Shown here in pieces: positions 60,322 to 64,000 of a stretch of DNA of 64,000 bases (positions within the stretch are counted from its first letter, which is position 1; the number at the start of each line of letters is the position of its first letter). The translations under genes were made by a program, and so were the position numbers. Under the pieces are notes generated by a model. That model ran no database searches. It saw nothing but the letters and a program-made list of their open reading frames with translations, and had not been told where the DNA came from. The stretch lies in IMG/VR virus record IMGVR_UViG_3300028864_000014, positions 124,001-188,000 of that record; one strand, given 5' to 3'.

Positions 60322-60357
60322 GTTTTTTATTTTTTTTAACTTATAATTTAAAAAGTC

Positions 60358-61420
60358 ATGGACAAAAAAACTTTATTATTATTCTCATTTTGTATTCTTC
60401 CAGGATTAGGAATGTTGTGGACACTAATTGATCCTCAATTTAGTAATGTTCAATCTACTGAATGGTTCACAACAGTTACAGCACGTATTATATTTACTAT
60501 TTTTTGTATTGCAGTTTCAATAATATCAATAGTATTAATATTACTCAAAAAATATAGCACAGTTGATTCACTTCAAGATAGTAGAGATAAAGTTGAGATT
60601 GATAAAATAACAAGTTTTATTGACAACTACTTATCAGAATCACATACGTTATCAGATAAAGAATCTATTAATGAATGGGTAACAAAGAACTTCAAAAAAT
60701 AATAATTTATGGCTGTTAATAAATATATAATAAGTGGTAAAGGTTTTTTAGAAGATGTAAAAGGGGATAAAAATTCTGAATGCGTTTGGACTAAAAGCAT
60801 AAGAACTGCAAAATCATTCACTTTTAATCAAGCTAACTCTTTTATTGAATTCATAAAAAATAATACTACTTTTCATGATGATTGTTTTATATGGTCACCG
60901 TTTGAAGAAAACTATGTAAAGGGTTTGTATGAAGTTGTTAGAAGAAGTACATATTATAGTATTTTGGATGATAATGAATGTGATGTATTAGAATGGTATG
61001 CTAAAAAAGTATCATCAGCAGATAGTGATTTTATATTCCTTAATAGTTCAAAAGAAATCAAAAAAGAGTCAAAATATTATTCTTATGAAGAAGCTACTGA
61101 AATTGCTAAATCAAAAAACATTAGAATATTAAAGGCTATATCAAAAATTGTAAATAATTAAAAATTACAAAATGAAAAATAATAATCCTAATAATATAAA
61201 CATCAATGATTATATCAGTCAGATTAGCAATGATGATTTGTTGTTATGCGTTGAAGATTATTTATATTGGCAAAAAACAGGAGAAAGAAAATTTGATCAC
61301 ACAGAATTAGATGTTATTTATGATATGTATTTTGCTTGGCTTGAAGAAAATAGAATGTTTGGTACATATGATGTTATTACAAGAGAAATTTCTAAAAGAT
61401 TATTTAATAAACAAATTTAA
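60358..61420 (+). other. three hypothetical ORFs (first is membrane-spanning)
   Basis: ORF track. Confidence 0.7.
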
Positions 61421-61465
61421 ATATATTTAACCACAAAAAATTCTACTTATGTAGAATTTTTTTTG

Positions 61466-61473
61466 TATCTTTG
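61466..61473 (+). promoter_or_regulatory. Bacteroidota -7 element after a terminator hairpin
   Basis: aaaaaattctac/gtagaatttttt, then TATCTTTG. Confidence 0.65.
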
Positions 61474-62066
61474 TATAAATAAAATATTGAAATGTGGGAG
61501 GTAGGAAATAAAATAATTAGTGATGATAAATATTCAAAAGAACAAATAGGTATTATTTGGAAAATTACTGATGAAGCTGTTCATGTTAAATTTGGTACTA
61601 ATATAGAAAATATCACATTTCAAAAATTCTTTTTTTATCCAAAACATCATATGCAATCAAACATATTAGATATAAAACCATATAATTAATATGAAAAAAG
61701 AAAATCAATATGGTCCAGCAAATTGTATGATATGCGGAAATCCATGTGATATAACAGAAATACTAAATATAAATACAGATGAAGAAGAAGGCTGGTGTTA
61801 TTGTAAAAAATGTAAAATAGATACTTTTATTAGGCCACTTACAGAAGAAGAAATTGAAGAATTAGAAAATAAAATAAAATAAAATAATAATATGACATCA
61901 TCCGTACATTTAAAATCACAATCACAACCTATCAAATTTATAGATGTTATAAATACATATACAAAAGATGGTTTATATTGTGTATATACAATTGATGAAT
62001 TAGTGTATAAATTTCCTATTTTAGATATTTTTCAAATAGTAGAATCTTATAAAAAATAATAATGTT

Positions 62067-62978
62067 ATGAATATTCAAAGTTTAAGTATTGTAGTACCAA
62101 CGAATAACAAGTGTGTAAATCATTGTCAATTTTGTGTGAGTAGAACTCACACCAATCCGTATGTTGATAAGATAAATTATGTTGTCAATGAGTACATTGA
62201 AGGAAGTGACATCATTGAAAATTCAATTGAATATAAAGATTATTTCAATCGTTTACAGTTTGCCAGAGACAATGGATGTAATGTTGTAGTTCTTACTGGA
62301 ACAGGTGAGCCAGTTCAAAATAGAGATTTCTTAGACTTTTTTTCAGAGATGAATTCTAAACTTCATACTCCTTTTAAAAGTATAGAAGTTCAAACAACTG
62401 GTGTTCTATTGACAGATGAATATCTTGGACATTTGAGAGAAATTGGAATTACAACTATTTCCTTTTCAATCTCTAATATTTTTGATAATGATAAAAATTT
62501 GAAAATTATAGGTTGTAATGAAAAATTAAAATTTGATGTTTTTGATACTATTAAATTAGTTAAAAATCATGACTTCAATTTGAGATTATCATTAAATATG
62601 GTTAATGATTATGATGAACACACAGTAGATGAGGTTCTATTGAGATGTAAAGAACTTGGTGCAGATCAAATAACTTTCAGAAAATTGTACAAATCTGAAT
62701 TAAATAATGGTATTGATAAATGGATAGAAAATAATGCAAGTAAGATTTTTTATGATAGATTGATTTCATATATGAATGTATATGAAAATCGTAACGCTAA
62801 TAAATTTTTAGGCACTCTTCCTTTTGGTCCTAAAATTTATGATGTTAATGATATGTCTGTTTCTATTGATTCTGATTGTATGAATTTAATGAAAAAAGAT
62901 ACATACAAATATCTCATTTTAAGAGAGAATGCAAAACTGTATTTTCTTTGGAATACACCATCCAGTTTGATATTTTGA
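62067..62978 (+). CDS. radical SAM enzyme
   Basis: CVNHCQFC (CxxxCxxC), LTGTGEP, EVQTTG. Confidence 0.9.
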   Translation: MNIQSLSIVVPTNNKCVNHCQFCVSRTHTNPYVDKINYVVNEYIEGSDIIENSIEYKDYFNRLQFARDNGCNVVVLTGTGEPVQNRDFLDFFSEMNSKLHTPFKSIEVQTTGVLLTDEYLGHLREIGITTISFSISNIFDNDKNLKIIGCNEKLKFDVFDTIKLVKNHDFNLRLSLNMVNDYDEHTVDEVLLRCKELGADQITFRKLYKSELNNGIDKWIENNASKIFYDRLISYMNVYENRNANKFLGTLPFGPKIYDVNDMSVSIDSDCMNLMKKDTYKYLILRENAKLYFLWNTPSSLIF

Positions 62979-63003
62979 AAAAATTAAAAATAAATTTAAA
63001 AAT

Positions 63004-63840
63004 ATGAATGAACAAGAAATTACATTACAGCATGAAATTGCAGAACAAAATAAAATTGTATTACAAATTCATGAAGCCATAGACACCGCTCAAGATAGAT
63101 TATTAGAAAGAGCAAGAACTATATTAAGTGAGAATAGTATAAAAACTTCACTTTTAGATAAAGTACTGAGGCTTAAAAGATTAGGCTTCGTCAATACTAC
63201 TGAAGTTGTTGAAACTGATAAAAAAATTGCATTTATTGATATGACTGAAAAAGAAGCAAAAATTATTCAGCATTATAAACAAACTTATATAGATCTAAAA
63301 TTCTTACCAATTGAAGAATTTGATAAAATTTGTGATAAATATAATTTGATTTATGCACCAGTTTCAAATTATAAAAATGATGTTCCAGAACAGAATTTAA
63401 TTGAAATTGAATCAGCAAAATCATTAAAGAAATCTGATTCATATGAAAATTATTATAAGTATGTCATATCATCATATTGGCGTGGAGTACCTGAAGAAGC
63501 AAAAAATTGGATAAATAATAATATGTTTGATAGTCCAGATTATAGTGAATTTGATATCGCAAAAATGTGTCCGATAAAAATAAAATCATATGTATATGAT
63601 ACAGGAGGGTTAAAAATAGTTAAAATTGGTAGTAATGAACTATTTATTGCTGCTCCTAAATCTCATTTCATTCTTGAAAATTTGGTTTTTGATAATACTA
63701 AAGGATATTATGACTCAAGAAATGCAGTAGAACCAAAGGATCCTATTGTTTTTAGATACGTTGTTGGAGGAATACAAATTTTATCTAAATGGGGAATTGA
63801 ATCTTTGGATCAAAGATTGAATATATCTAATATTAATTAA
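63004..63840 (+). CDS. hypothetical protein
   Basis: 278-aa ORF ending DPIVFRYVVGG..ILSKWG. Confidence 0.75.
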   Translation: MNEQEITLQHEIAEQNKIVLQIHEAIDTAQDRLLERARTILSENSIKTSLLDKVLRLKRLGFVNTTEVVETDKKIAFIDMTEKEAKIIQHYKQTYIDLKFLPIEEFDKICDKYNLIYAPVSNYKNDVPEQNLIEIESAKSLKKSDSYENYYKYVISSYWRGVPEEAKNWINNNMFDSPDYSEFDIAKMCPIKIKSYVYDTGGLKIVKIGSNELFIAAPKSHFILENLVFDNTKGYYDSRNAVEPKDPIVFRYVVGGIQILSKWGIESLDQRLNISNIN

Positions 63841-63841
63841 T

Positions 63842-64000
63842 ATGAATATAGTTAGACATAGCATAGGAGATAAAGTTGTTGCATTAACAAATCCATTAAA
63901 TAATTTGTGTCAAAATAGAGTGAAAGGAACAGTGTATACTGTTCTTGATTATACATATTGTTCTAAGTGTGGAATTCAATCAATTAATATTGGAGTATTT
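63842..64000 (+). CDS. SIGDKV-type small protein, 3'-truncated
   Basis: MNIVRHSIGDKVVALT..., open to the window end. Confidence 0.6.
   Translation, partial: MNIVRHSIGDKVVALTNPLNNLCQNRVKGTVYTVLDYTYCSKCGIQSINIGVF

Overview
This is a very AT-rich (roughly 20-25% GC by eye), densely packed segment that looks like part of a large T4-like or jumbo bacteriophage genome. It uses the standard genetic code and probably infects Bacteroidota: about 15 TAnnTTTG (-7) promoters are present, several with TTTG (-33) 19-20 nt upstream, and there are no Shine-Dalgarno motifs. No capsid or terminase gene lies in the window, so the phage call is an inference from gene content. Recognisable genes: NAD-dependent DNA ligase, ClpP, adenine methyltransferase, SPFH lipoprotein, 5'-nucleotidase, ankyrin proteins, a Thr-rich Hint-domain protein, a gp9-like tail-fibre protein, a GT25 glycosyltransferase, two MoxR-type AAA ATPases plus a vWA partner, thioredoxin, NUDIX, ATP-grasp, MazG-like, nucleotidyltransferase, NADAR, an outer-membrane barrel, YqeY, an FTR-like protein, an HD hydrolase and a radical SAM enzyme. 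The most striking structure is a self-contained operon at 13270-14014. It runs promoter, unannotated 30-aa Leu-rich leader peptide, complete 1:2 / 2:3 / 3:4 attenuator, five tRNA genes that all carry Leu anticodons, terminator. This looks like a ribosome-stalling sensor that switches on phage tRNA-Leu only when charged tRNA-Leu is short. Two mutually exclusive C-terminal peptide tags also stand out. About 40 unrelated small proteins, nearly all in the host-promoter blocks, end in R-K-x-K-[LI]-x-x-[LI]. Twelve late-type proteins carry a T4-like capsid-targeting N-terminus and end in K-[FY]-N-[LIVM]-COOH. Two intergenic structured-RNA candidates are also present.
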